Part shown: positions 39,586 through 48,561 of the stretch, piece after piece | Layout: each line of letters starts with the position of its first letter | Position numbering within the stretch: the first letter of the stretch is position 1 | Assembly (NCBI RefSeq): GCF_036846325.1 | Contig: NZ_DAIUCE010000003.1 | Location: 1-54,086, forward strand | From: Ligilactobacillus sp. | GTDB taxonomy: Bacteria > Bacillota > Bacilli > Lactobacillales > Lactobacillaceae | DNA length: 54,086 nt | Direction: 5' to 3' | The notes under the pieces: model-generated | The model's database searches: none | Told to the model about the DNA's origin: nothing | What the model saw: the letters and a program-made list of their open reading frames with translations, nothing else | Program-made: the position numbers and the translations under genes

Positions 39586-40655
39586 AGAAACTGCGTGCAC
39601 TGGTGATTGGAATCGTCGCAATCATCGTTATCCTGATTGCCGGTTCCAGGATATTGAGCCGTTCTTCAGGAATGTCCGGCGCAAAAGTCATCAATATATA
39701 CAACTGGGGAGATTATATCGACCCGGAACTGATCTCTGAATTTGAAAGGAAGACAGGCTACAAGGTAAATTATGAAACTTTTGACTCAAACGAAGCCATG
39801 CTGACCAAGATCAGGCAGGGCGGTACATCGTACGATCTTGCGGTGCCAAGCGACTATATGATTCAGAAGATGAAGAAGGCTCATCTGCTCAAGCCGTTGG
39901 ACAAGTCGAAAATCAAGGGTCTGAACAATATTTCAAGTCAGTTTCTGAATCAGCCCTTTGACCGGAACAATCGCTACTCCGTCCCTTATTTTTGGGGAAC
40001 TCTGGGCGTCGTCTACAATGACAGGTACTTCAGAAAATCGGACGTTGACAGCTGGAACAAGCTCTGGAACAAGAAGTTTCGCGGCAAAATCATGTTTGTC
40101 GACGGTGCCCGCGAATTCATGGGCATCGGGCTGGCCAGTCTCGGATATTCGCTCAACAGCAAGAATGACAGGGAGCTTGACCGGGCTTATAATAAGCTGA
40201 AGTCCCTGACCGGAAATACGAAGGCGATTGTTTCAGATGAGATCAAGATGTACATGGAAAATGAAGAAAGCAGCGTTGCCGTGACCTATTCCGGCGAAGC
40301 TTCGGAAATGCTTGCCGAAAACAGGCACCTGCACTATGTCCTGCCTTCAGAAGGGACCAATTTGTGGTTTGACAACATCGTCATTCCGAAAACCTCGAAA
40401 AATACCAGGGGTGCCTATGCGTTCATCAATTTCATGCTTGAACCGAAGAACGCGGCGAAGAACGCTGAGTATATCGGCTATGCGACGCCAAACGAAAAGG
40501 CCAGGAAGTATCTTCCAAAGGAAGTCGTTGACGACAAGCAGTTTTATCCGGAAAAATCCCTGATGAAGAAGATGGAAGTTTATGAGGATCTTGGTTCACG
40601 GTATATTGAAAAATACAATGATTTGTATCTGGAACTGAAGATGTATCGTCATTAG
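39582..40655 (+). CDS. potD: Spermidine/putrescine-binding protein
   Basis: YNWGDYIDP, FDSNEAM, PYFWGT, EGTNLWFD. Confidence 0.93.
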   Translation: MKKLRALVIGIVAIIVILIAGSRILSRSSGMSGAKVINIYNWGDYIDPELISEFERKTGYKVNYETFDSNEAMLTKIRQGGTSYDLAVPSDYMIQKMKKAHLLKPLDKSKIKGLNNISSQFLNQPFDRNNRYSVPYFWGTLGVVYNDRYFRKSDVDSWNKLWNKKFRGKIMFVDGAREFMGIGLASLGYSLNSKNDRELDRAYNKLKSLTGNTKAIVSDEIKMYMENEESSVAVTYSGEASEMLAENRHLHYVLPSEGTNLWFDNIVIPKTSKNTRGAYAFINFMLEPKNAAKNAEYIGYATPNEKARKYLPKEVVDDKQFYPEKSLMKKMEVYEDLGSRYIEKYNDLYLELKMYRH

Positions 40656-40736
40656 TGACAAAAGCTGGCGGTAAATTTGTTCATTTTGATAATCATAAAA
40701 ATTTGCATTGTGCACAACCTATCGCCTATAATTAAA

Positions 40737-40826
40737 GTATAGATGCAGGGATGCCCGCATCGTCTCTATCATACAATAATATCAACTCAGATTCCCGCAT
40801 GATTCCCGATATCATGCGGGTTTTTG
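40737..40826 (+). ncRNA. Candidate ~90-nt small RNA
   Basis: TTGCAT-18-TATAAT promoter (40703-40732); 5' hairpin; cccgcatgat/atcatgcggg + T-run terminator; no gene follows. Confidence 0.55.
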
Positions 40827-41356
40827 TCTGGGTTTGTGGCTGATGTTTCCGGGTGTCCGGGCATTATGCATGACAGAGCCAGCGGTTGAACATGGCCATT
40901 GGCAGCATCATTTGACAAAATACAAAAAAGGTGCTGAAAAATCACTGTCAGCACCTGTTAGTATGAATTTATGAAAATGACGGCATATAAAAACAGCTCG
41001 CATACCCATTCAAAATTCCTACATATCAGCTTGAAGGTTCTCGTGTCGACTTCAAAGCCAAAAACCAACCGGGTACACGGGCCGTAATCCTGTAAGATAA
41101 GGAGTAACTATCATTCCCACGTCCTTTATTCAATTTTATGTCTATGATCTGTTCGCCCTCTCCGTGGCACTCAACACAATCACCTTTTTGAGCCAATCAC
41201 AGCCGATACCGGTACGACTGTTGCAACGACAACCTGATGAAAAACTTCTCATGTTGGTTCCATCACCCTCTGTCCTTGAAGCGACAAATGCTTCGATTAA
41301 TTCATGTGGGATCATCGACTCCTTACACTTATTTTATAACATATCCGAGCTAGAAA

Positions 41357-41370
41357 TGCAAGCGCATACA
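41357..41370 (+). promoter_or_regulatory. cre (CcpA)-like site upstream of the HAD gene
   Basis: TGCAAGCGCATACA. Confidence 0.5.
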
Positions 41371-41476
41371 TTGAACTTGCGGAAATTTTTTCTGCAGCCG
41401 GAATGCTTGACTGAATTTGTACCAACAAGTTATAATACAAGTGATGAAAACGGTTAATTCAAAGGAGGAAATAATT

Positions 41477-42310
41477 ATGGGCAAGGTTGTATTCTTAGAT
41501 GTTGACGGGACTCTCTGCGACTACGACGGCGTGATTCCCGAATCTGCAAAGCAGGCGATCGGACAGGCGCGCAGGAACGGACACAAGGTCTATATCTGCA
41601 CCGGACGTTCGCGTGCAGAAGTCTATCAGGAAATCTGGGACATCGGACTTGACGGGATGATCGGCGGAAACGGCAGCTATGTTGAAGACCGAGGCAGTGT
41701 GGTCTATCATAAAAAGCTCAGTGAAGCAGAGGAACGGGAGGTTGTTGACTGGCTCAATTCCCGCGGACTTGAGTTTTACGTCGAGTGCAATTCCGGCTTG
41801 TATGCCAGCAAGAACTTCGAGACTGCCGGCGAAGAGACGATGAAGAAGTATGTTTCGGGCAAGGGTCAGGCTGATGTTTCGAACGTCACCGTACGTTCAA
41901 GCTTTCCTGAAATGATCTTCGGCGCATCCCCGTACCGCGATGATGCCAACAAGATCAGCTTCATACTCGGTTCATATCAGGATTTCCTTGATGCAAGAGA
42001 CAGGTTCAGTGACCTCAAGGCAGGCACCTGGGGTGGAAAGGACGAACAGGCACTTTTCGGAGACCTTGGCGTCAAGGACATTGACAAGGCGCATGCCATT
42101 GACGTTTTGCTTGAGCATCTTGATGCAAAAAGAGAAGATACGATTGCGTTCGGGGATGCCAAAGTCGACATTCCGATGTTCGAATACTGCGGAACTTCAG
42201 TATGTGTCGGAAACGGGGGCGACGAGGCAAAGAAAGCGGCTGACATCGTGGCTCCTGCGGTTGACGATGACGGTCTCTTCTCTGCATTTCAGGAGCTTGG
42301 ACTGATATGA
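41477..42310 (+). CDS. Cof-type HAD-IIB hydrolase
   Basis: FLDVDGTL, CTGRS, DKAHAI, FGDAKVD; SD AAGGAGG. Confidence 0.9.
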   Translation: MGKVVFLDVDGTLCDYDGVIPESAKQAIGQARRNGHKVYICTGRSRAEVYQEIWDIGLDGMIGGNGSYVEDRGSVVYHKKLSEAEEREVVDWLNSRGLEFYVECNSGLYASKNFETAGEETMKKYVSGKGQADVSNVTVRSSFPEMIFGASPYRDDANKISFILGSYQDFLDARDRFSDLKAGTWGGKDEQALFGDLGVKDIDKAHAIDVLLEHLDAKREDTIAFGDAKVDIPMFEYCGTSVCVGNGGDEAKKAADIVAPAVDDDGLFSAFQELGLI

Positions 42311-42556
42311 ATAAAAATGGCGCCTGCCTTTCCGTAGCAGACGCCGAACCGTATAATAGAAACCTAAGCATAACATCCATTGTGTGAATTGTCAATATCA
42401 CAAATGTGAAACAATCGTGAAAAATGGGCTTACAATCGTTGATATAGCAACTTTTTAAAGTTTGTAAATTTTTTTATAAATCCAGTGCTTATCACTTGAA
42501 TTCTGTTCAAAAGAGTTTAAAATAGGAGTTGAAAAATATGAAAGGAAGTCTTAGTT

Positions 42557-42991
42557 ATGGCACATGAATTGACAAATCGTTTCAATGATCTGATGAATAC
42601 GGGTGATGATTTCTTCTCGAACTTCGGCCGCTCGTTCTTCAGCAACTTTGACAGTTCGTTCAAGGAAATGAAGTCTGACATCAAGGAAACCGACAAGGAC
42701 TACACGGTCGTAATCGATGTCCCCGGCGTTGACAAGAAGGATATGACGATTGATTTCAAGGACGGCGTTTTGACCGTTTCAGCCAAGCGTGACTCCTTCA
42801 GTGACGAAAGCGACAGCGAAGGTAATATGGTTTCGAGCGAACGCAGCTATGGCCGCTTTGCACGTCAGTATGCCTTCGACAATGTTGACCGTGACGGAAT
42901 TTCTGCCAAGTGCGAAAATGGTGTTCTGACCATTGTCTTGCCAAAGACTGAAGAAGAAATTTCTCAGACAAGCCACATTCAGATTGACTGA
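42557..42991 (+). CDS. Hsp20/alpha-crystallin small heat-shock protein
   Basis: DIKETDKDY...DVPG...ERSYGRF...ENGVLTIVLPK. Confidence 0.93.
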   Translation: MAHELTNRFNDLMNTGDDFFSNFGRSFFSNFDSSFKEMKSDIKETDKDYTVVIDVPGVDKKDMTIDFKDGVLTVSAKRDSFSDESDSEGNMVSSERSYGRFARQYAFDNVDRDGISAKCENGVLTIVLPKTEEEISQTSHIQID

Positions 42992-43008
42992 CAGATAAAA
43001 CATGACCG

Positions 43009-43043
43009 AAAGGCCCCGGGATGAAGTCCCGGGGCCTTTTTTA
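43009..43043 (+). terminator. Terminator after hsp20
   Basis: aaaggccccggga / tcccggggcctttttt. Confidence 0.85.
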
Positions 43044-43348
43044 TTTCCAAGTATTGGAAATATTAATTACCGGTCTGTCCTGCTTAAAGTTTTCAACTTC
43101 TGTAATTTCAATCAGCCGAAGTATTTTATTTTTCTTATGGAAATGTGAAATTGAATTTATGAGATGCTTTGCTTGAAGGAAGCAATATAATTTTTCCTGA
43201 TTCCGAATATAAACATGAAATCAACTTTTTTTAGGACGAAACGCGCCTTGTTTAATTGACTTTTAATCATACGTTAATTATAATGATGCCTATAGATACT
43301 AAAGAACGATAAGCGTTTTTGTATCAAAAAAACAAGAGGCGACTTATA

Positions 43349-44926
43349 ATGATTACATACAGATACTCTTCCAAGCTGAAATTTCTGCTGATTGTCCTGT
43401 TCGGAACAATCAAAAGCTCAGAATATGTCATTCTTGCATATATTGTCGGAACTCTGACAGACATTGCCACGAATCATCAGCTCGGACGGCTGCCGGGGTT
43501 CATTGCATTTGTCATGTGCACCTTTGTCCTGCTGCTTCTGGCAGAACTGATTTACAACAGTCTGAGGGCCGGTGCAGTCAAGAACATGAATGTCTTTCTC
43601 AGAAGAAGAATCCTGCAGGGAATGTTGAATAAGTCAGCTGAAGAAAATAGGGAATCACTCGGCTTTCTGACCAATGACTTCAAACTGCTTGAAACAAACA
43701 GGACAGACACAGAATTTGATGCAATCCTTGCAGTGTCCACGCTGACATTGGCACTATCCTATGCTCTTTATTCCAACTGGATATTGACAGTTGTCTTCTT
43801 CGCCGGATCGATGATACCTGTTCTGGCATCGAATCTCTTCCAGAAACCGATTCAGTCAGCATCTGAAAAATGGACGGAGGCCAACGCCTCATACGTAGGA
43901 CAGGTAAAGAACTTCATTGATGCTTCTGACTGTGTCAGACTTTATGACAGAGCTGAACAGGTCGCATGTAAGAACGAACCGAAAATCCGTCGTCTTGAAG
44001 AAGCGCTCAGAAGAATGAATCTGCTTAACAACAATGCCAATTCCTGCATCAATGTCATCGCAAACATCGGGACCTTTGTGCTTCCGTTTCTCTTTGGCAT
44101 CTATCTCGTTTTAAGGGGCCAGACGACGCTTGGTGCACTCTTCGGCATTGTCCAGCTGTCAAATGCATTCGTAAATCCCATTCTGATCCTTCTTCAGGAA
44201 AGAAACAGCTTCTCGACGACAAGACCGATTGTTGAAAAAGTAAACCAGTTTCTGAAGGATGCGGAAAAAAAGAACCCAGACGGGCTTGTCATGCGTGATG
44301 AACTGTCACTGGATGGAATCAGTGTCTCAAGAAACGGGCGGAAGCTGCTTGAAGACATCAGTCTCGACATCACAAGGGGGAAGAAAATTGCGGTTACAGG
44401 TCCGTCGGGTTCCGGCAAGTCAACGCTCATGAAGCTTCTTGTCTCCGACGATGAATCAACTGGCAGGATTGACAGCATCGTTTTGGACGGAAAACCGGTT
44501 GATGCTGCAGCCATCTCATCCCTGTTTGCATATTCGAGCCAGTCCCCCGTTGTCCTGGCCGATACTCTGTGGTTCAACCTCACACTTGGAAGAAAAATTG
44601 GAGAACAAAGGGTAATGGATGTCTGCAAATCGCTGGATCTGGATGACATTGTCAGGGAAAAGGGATTTGACTATGTCCTTTCAGCAGACGGGACCGGTCT
44701 GTCCGGTGGTCAACTTGCCCGGATAGAACTGGCACGTGCCGTTCTTTCCGGGAGGCCGGTTCTGCTTTTAGATGAAATCAACGCCTCTCTTGACAAAAGG
44801 ACCGACATGGACATCCATCATTATCTCTGGAATTCCAATCTGACTTTTATTGAAATCATCCACCATTACAGAAAGGAAGACCTGAAGAATTATGATGTCG
44901 TAATCGATGTTTCAGATTACAGATGA
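43349..44926 (+). CDS. ABC exporter (fused TMD + NBD)
   Basis: Six TM segments; GPSGSGKST, LSGGQ, LLLDE; promoter TTGACT-17-TATAAT at 43256-43284. Confidence 0.88.
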   Translation: MITYRYSSKLKFLLIVLFGTIKSSEYVILAYIVGTLTDIATNHQLGRLPGFIAFVMCTFVLLLLAELIYNSLRAGAVKNMNVFLRRRILQGMLNKSAEENRESLGFLTNDFKLLETNRTDTEFDAILAVSTLTLALSYALYSNWILTVVFFAGSMIPVLASNLFQKPIQSASEKWTEANASYVGQVKNFIDASDCVRLYDRAEQVACKNEPKIRRLEEALRRMNLLNNNANSCINVIANIGTFVLPFLFGIYLVLRGQTTLGALFGIVQLSNAFVNPILILLQERNSFSTTRPIVEKVNQFLKDAEKKNPDGLVMRDELSLDGISVSRNGRKLLEDISLDITRGKKIAVTGPSGSGKSTLMKLLVSDDESTGRIDSIVLDGKPVDAAAISSLFAYSSQSPVVLADTLWFNLTLGRKIGEQRVMDVCKSLDLDDIVREKGFDYVLSADGTGLSGGQLARIELARAVLSGRPVLLLDEINASLDKRTDMDIHHYLWNSNLTFIEIIHHYRKEDLKNYDVVIDVSDYR

Positions 44927-44981
44927 TTTTTCCGAGCACTTGGACGATGGTGAATTTTTCAGGCTTATCCTGGCTTAACTC

Positions 44982-45010
44982 TTGACTAATTTTTCTAACG
45001 GTGTTTTAAT
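44982..45010 (+). promoter_or_regulatory. Promoter of the aromatic amino-acid operon
   Basis: TTGACT-17-(TGn)TTTAAT. Confidence 0.7.
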
Positions 45011-45040
45011 AATATCAACAAGGATGAAAGGATGAAGAAC

Positions 45041-45106
45041 ATGACCGGAAAACGTGCTGCAGTTGCATATTATTTTGGCTTTGCTTACTTTGCGAAGCGC
45101 CCGTAG
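45041..45106 (+). CDS. Tyr/Phe-rich attenuator leader peptide MTGKRAAVAYYFGFAYFAKRP (in-frame alternative ATG at 45032)
   Basis: SD AAAGGA 8 nt upstream; codons 10-17 are Y Y F G F A Y F; double TAG stop inside a 10-bp stem; directly upstream of a terminator and the aro operon. Confidence 0.8.
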   Translation: MTGKRAAVAYYFGFAYFAKRP

Positions 45107-45216
45107 TAGCTTACAGGTACGGGCGCTCCCCGTATCTGGCAGGGTCATGTTTCTTGTACCACGGCCAGAAAGGCGATTTCGGCTGTGGTGAACCTCATTC
45201 ATGGAGAATCTCATTT

Positions 45217-45251
45217 ACAGCCGGAATCATCAGGGTTTCGGCTGTTTTTTT
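45217..45251 (+). terminator. Attenuator terminator in the aro leader
   Basis: acagccggaatc / ggtttcggctgt followed by a T-run, 24 nt before the first gene. Confidence 0.85.
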
Positions 45252-45275
45252 ATCCGGATGACGGAGGCAGGAACA

Positions 45276-45554
45276 ATGAGTGAAAAATTAGAGAAGGCAA
45301 GAATGAAGGTTACGAAAGCAGATGAGCAGATCGTGCCCTTGCTCGTAAAGAGGCTCGCTGCGGTCGGGGAAATTGGGCGAATCAAGCAGGAAGAGGGCAT
45401 CGAAATCAAGGATTCCGGGCGAGAGGAAAAGGTTCTGGAAAAGGTTGGAGAATGGGCCGGTCATGAAAATGCAGAGTACGTTAAGCAGATATACAGGGAG
45501 ATAATGGCTCAGGCATGCAGGTTTCAGCAGAATCAAAAGGAGGAGATCAAATGA
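45276..45554 (+). CDS. Chorismate mutase (AroQ-type, monofunctional)
   Basis: LEKARMKVTKADEQIVPLLVKR...IGRIK...D.GRE; SD GGAGG. Confidence 0.85.
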   Translation: MSEKLEKARMKVTKADEQIVPLLVKRLAAVGEIGRIKQEEGIEIKDSGREEKVLEKVGEWAGHENAEYVKQIYREIMAQACRFQQNQKEEIK

Positions 45555-46714
45555 TTTACTTAACGGCAGGAGAATCGCACGGCCCGCAGCTGACGGGAAT
45601 TATCGAGGGATTGCCGGCGGGGCTTCATATCGACGTTGACGCAATCAATGACAATCTGGCCAGACGTCAAGGCGGGTACGGCAGGGGAAACCGGCAGAAA
45701 ATCGAACATGACACGGTTCAGGTCGTCGGCGGAATGAGACACGGATATACGCTTGGATCACCGCTTTCTCTGGTGATCAAAAACCGCGATCATTCGCACT
45801 GGAGCGAGGTCATGGATCCGCTTGAAAACGACAGCGAAAATGCTCAGCTCAGGCAGTTGAAGCATCCAAGACCGGGACATGCCGATCTTGTCGGCGGGAT
45901 GAAATACGGGCACCGCGATTTGCGCAACGTTCTGGAGCGTTCCTCTGCACGTGAGACGGCAATCCGCGTTGCACTCGGAAGCGTGTGCCAGCAGTTCCTC
46001 GAACAGCTTGGAATCAAGGTGGTTGGCTATGTGAAGCAGCTTGGACCTCTTGTACTCAGCACGGATGACCTTCTTGACGTCGATGAGATACGAGGCAGGA
46101 TCGAGTCAAACGACATGCGCGTGCTTGACCGGGAAAAGGTTGAAGAAGCGCATGAACTGATTTTGAAAACGAAAGAAGAAGGCGACACGCTCGGCGGCAT
46201 CGTCAGAATCGTTGCAACGGGACTTCCGGCCGGGCTTGGCAGCTACATCAGCTGGGACACGAAGCTTGATGCGAAGATTGCCTCTGCCGTGATGGGAGTC
46301 AATGCCATCAAGGGCGTCAGCATCGGTGACGGTTTTGAGGCGGCCACTCGTCCCGGCAGCATGGTAATGGATGAAATCCTGCATGAAGATGCCGGATGGA
46401 CGCGGAAAACTGACCATCTCGGAGGCTTCGAAGGCGGGATGACAAACGGCATGCCGGTGGTCGTCAATGCGGCGATGAAGCCGATTCCGACTCTGTACAA
46501 GCCGCTTGAGACGGCGGACATCGAGACCAGGGAAAAATCAAAGGCCAGCGTCGAGCGTTCGGACACGACGGCGCTTCCGGCCTGCTCAGTCGTGCTTCAG
46601 AGCGTCGTCTGCCTGGAACTTGCAAAGGCAGTCTGTGACGAATTCCAGAGCTCAAGCATGGAGCGTCTCGAAAGACAGATTACAGAATACCGGGAAGAGC
46701 TTGCGAGGTATTAG
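45551..46714 (+). CDS. aroC: Chorismate synthase
   Basis: TAGESHG, PRPGHAD, ERSSARET, MKPIPTL, RSD. Confidence 0.95.
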   Translation: MIYLTAGESHGPQLTGIIEGLPAGLHIDVDAINDNLARRQGGYGRGNRQKIEHDTVQVVGGMRHGYTLGSPLSLVIKNRDHSHWSEVMDPLENDSENAQLRQLKHPRPGHADLVGGMKYGHRDLRNVLERSSARETAIRVALGSVCQQFLEQLGIKVVGYVKQLGPLVLSTDDLLDVDEIRGRIESNDMRVLDREKVEEAHELILKTKEEGDTLGGIVRIVATGLPAGLGSYISWDTKLDAKIASAVMGVNAIKGVSIGDGFEAATRPGSMVMDEILHEDAGWTRKTDHLGGFEGGMTNGMPVVVNAAMKPIPTLYKPLETADIETREKSKASVERSDTTALPACSVVLQSVVCLELAKAVCDEFQSSSMERLERQITEYREELARY

Positions 46715-46716
46715 AT

Positions 46717-47238
46717 GTGAAGATTCATACATTGGGACCGGAGCAGACTGACAGCAGCGAGGCCTGTGACTATTACCGGAGACAAAACCTTTCTGATGCA
46801 GAAATCGTGCTTCACCAAAGCTTTGAGAGCATTTTGGAACACCTTGAAGAATACCGCGGCGATTTATTCGTGGTTCCGGCGGCATTTGCATCTGATGCCC
46901 TGCATTTGACATGGGGAACGATGCACTACCGCTTCCTCGACAGGCTGGACGTCGAGGCAAGCTTCGTCTATCCGCTCTCGGAAATGGTCTGCATCAGGAG
47001 CAGGAAGCGCCATACCGGAATCGGATATACGCATGCGGCCACAAAGGATCTGCTGAAAAAGTATGCGCCAGAGGCCAGGTCGGTGTCTGTCGCCAGCAAA
47101 TACAGAGCTTACGAACGCTATCTGGAGGACGGCGAATACGTTTTAACGAACAGGAAGAACATGGTCGAAGAAGATGACGCAGAAATCTTGGCGGAATTTC
47201 AAGTGAAAATGGTCTGGTGCGTCTACCGGATCAAATAG
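46717..47238 (+). CDS. Stand-alone prephenate dehydratase-fold protein, BacA-like, no ACT domain
   Basis: IHTLGPEQTDS, LHQSFES, FVVPAAF, VLTN, MVWCVY resemble Bacillus BacA as I recall it; lies in the aro operon. Confidence 0.6.
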   Translation: MKIHTLGPEQTDSSEACDYYRRQNLSDAEIVLHQSFESILEHLEEYRGDLFVVPAAFASDALHLTWGTMHYRFLDRLDVEASFVYPLSEMVCIRSRKRHTGIGYTHAATKDLLKKYAPEARSVSVASKYRAYERYLEDGEYVLTNRKNMVEEDDAEILAEFQVKMVWCVYRIK

Positions 47239-47250
47239 GGAGGAGAAAAA

Positions 47251-48561
47251 ATGAAAATTTTGCAAAAAGCGCCGGAAAACGGACTGCACGGCAATTTGAC
47301 GGTGCCGGGGGACAAAAGCATTTCGCACCGTGCCCTGATGATCGGAGCAATCAGTGAAGGAAGGACGGAAATCGAGCATTTTCTCTGTGGCGAGGACTGT
47401 CTGAGCACGATGAAGGCCTTGCAGGACCTCGGTGTCAGAATCGTCCGAAACGGCGAGCACGTCGAAGTCGAAGGCGTGGGCCTGACCGGATTGAAGCAGC
47501 CGGAAGGGTCTCTTGACATGGGAAATTCAGGGACGACGACGAGACTCATGATGGGACTTCTGTCCGGGCAGGAGCTTGATGCGGAAATGGAAGGCGACGC
47601 CTCACTTTCGAAGCGCCCCATGAAACGCGTCAGCGAACCGTTGAAGAAGTTCGGTGCAGAGGTCCTGCTTTCGGATCAGGGGACGCTTCCTGCAGCCGTT
47701 CACGGCAAGAAGCTTCATGAGGCAACGGTCAAGATGGATGTTGCAAGCGCACAGGTGAAAAGCGCGCTGATTTTTGCGGCACTTTATGCCGACGGAACAT
47801 CAACCATCGTTGAAAAGCTGCCGACGCGCAATCATACGGAAATCATGCTTCAGGCATTCGGCGCAGACGTGAGGACAGCTGATGATGGCGTGACGATTAC
47901 GGTTTCCGGGAAACCTCGTCTGAAAGGCAGAAAGGTCATCGTCCCGGGCGATATTTCCTCTGCGGCATTTTTCATCGCGGCAGCAGCTTTGATTCCCGGG
48001 TCGGAAGCAACGTTTGAAAACGTTTCGCTCAACCCGACAAGGACCGGAATTCTGCATGTCCTGTGCAGGATGGGCGGAAACGTCAGCATCGTGCCTGATC
48101 CGGATGAAGGCGGAGAAAGACGCGGAACGATCAGAGTGAAATATGCGCCGCTCAGGGCAGTCGAGTTGACTGAAGAAGACGTCCCGGCAATCATTGATGA
48201 ACTGCCGCTTGTTGCGATGCTTGCCGCAAGCGCTGACGGAACGAGCAGAATCACCGGTGCGGCTGAACTTCGCGTCAAGGAAACCGACAGAATCGCAGTG
48301 ACGGCAGCAGAGCTTCGCAAGTTCGGCGTTGAAATCGAAGAACTTGAGGACGGGATGATTATCAAGGGACGGGAGAACTGGGACGTTCAGACCACGAAAC
48401 TTGACAGCCACGGAGATCACCGCATCGGCATGATGGACACAATTGCGGCACTGAAGGCAGATTGCGGAATGGAACTTGAAAATGAAGCTGCCATTGACAT
48501 TTCGTATCCGACGTTCTTTTCCGACCTGGAGAAGATTACAGGAGGCGTGAAGAATGACTAA
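47251..48561 (+). CDS. aroA: EPSP synthase
   Basis: PGDKSISHR, GNSGTT, SAQVKS, RVKETDR, DHRIGM. Confidence 0.95.
   Translation: MKILQKAPENGLHGNLTVPGDKSISHRALMIGAISEGRTEIEHFLCGEDCLSTMKALQDLGVRIVRNGEHVEVEGVGLTGLKQPEGSLDMGNSGTTTRLMMGLLSGQELDAEMEGDASLSKRPMKRVSEPLKKFGAEVLLSDQGTLPAAVHGKKLHEATVKMDVASAQVKSALIFAALYADGTSTIVEKLPTRNHTEIMLQAFGADVRTADDGVTITVSGKPRLKGRKVIVPGDISSAAFFIAAAALIPGSEATFENVSLNPTRTGILHVLCRMGGNVSIVPDPDEGGERRGTIRVKYAPLRAVELTEEDVPAIIDELPLVAMLAASADGTSRITGAAELRVKETDRIAVTAAELRKFGVEIEELEDGMIIKGRENWDVQTTKLDSHGDHRIGMMDTIAALKADCGMELENEAAIDISYPTFFSDLEKITGGVKND

Noticed and set aside
42380..42425. Rex, CtsR or CIRCE operator upstream of hsp20
   Set aside because: Only partial TGTGA/TCACA half-sites with wrong spacing; no CIRCE or CtsR heptad repeats seen.
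45011..45255. T-box riboswitch in the aro leader
   Set aside because: No AGGGTGGNACCGCG T-box bulge or recognisable stem I motifs; the Y/F uORF explains the leader better.
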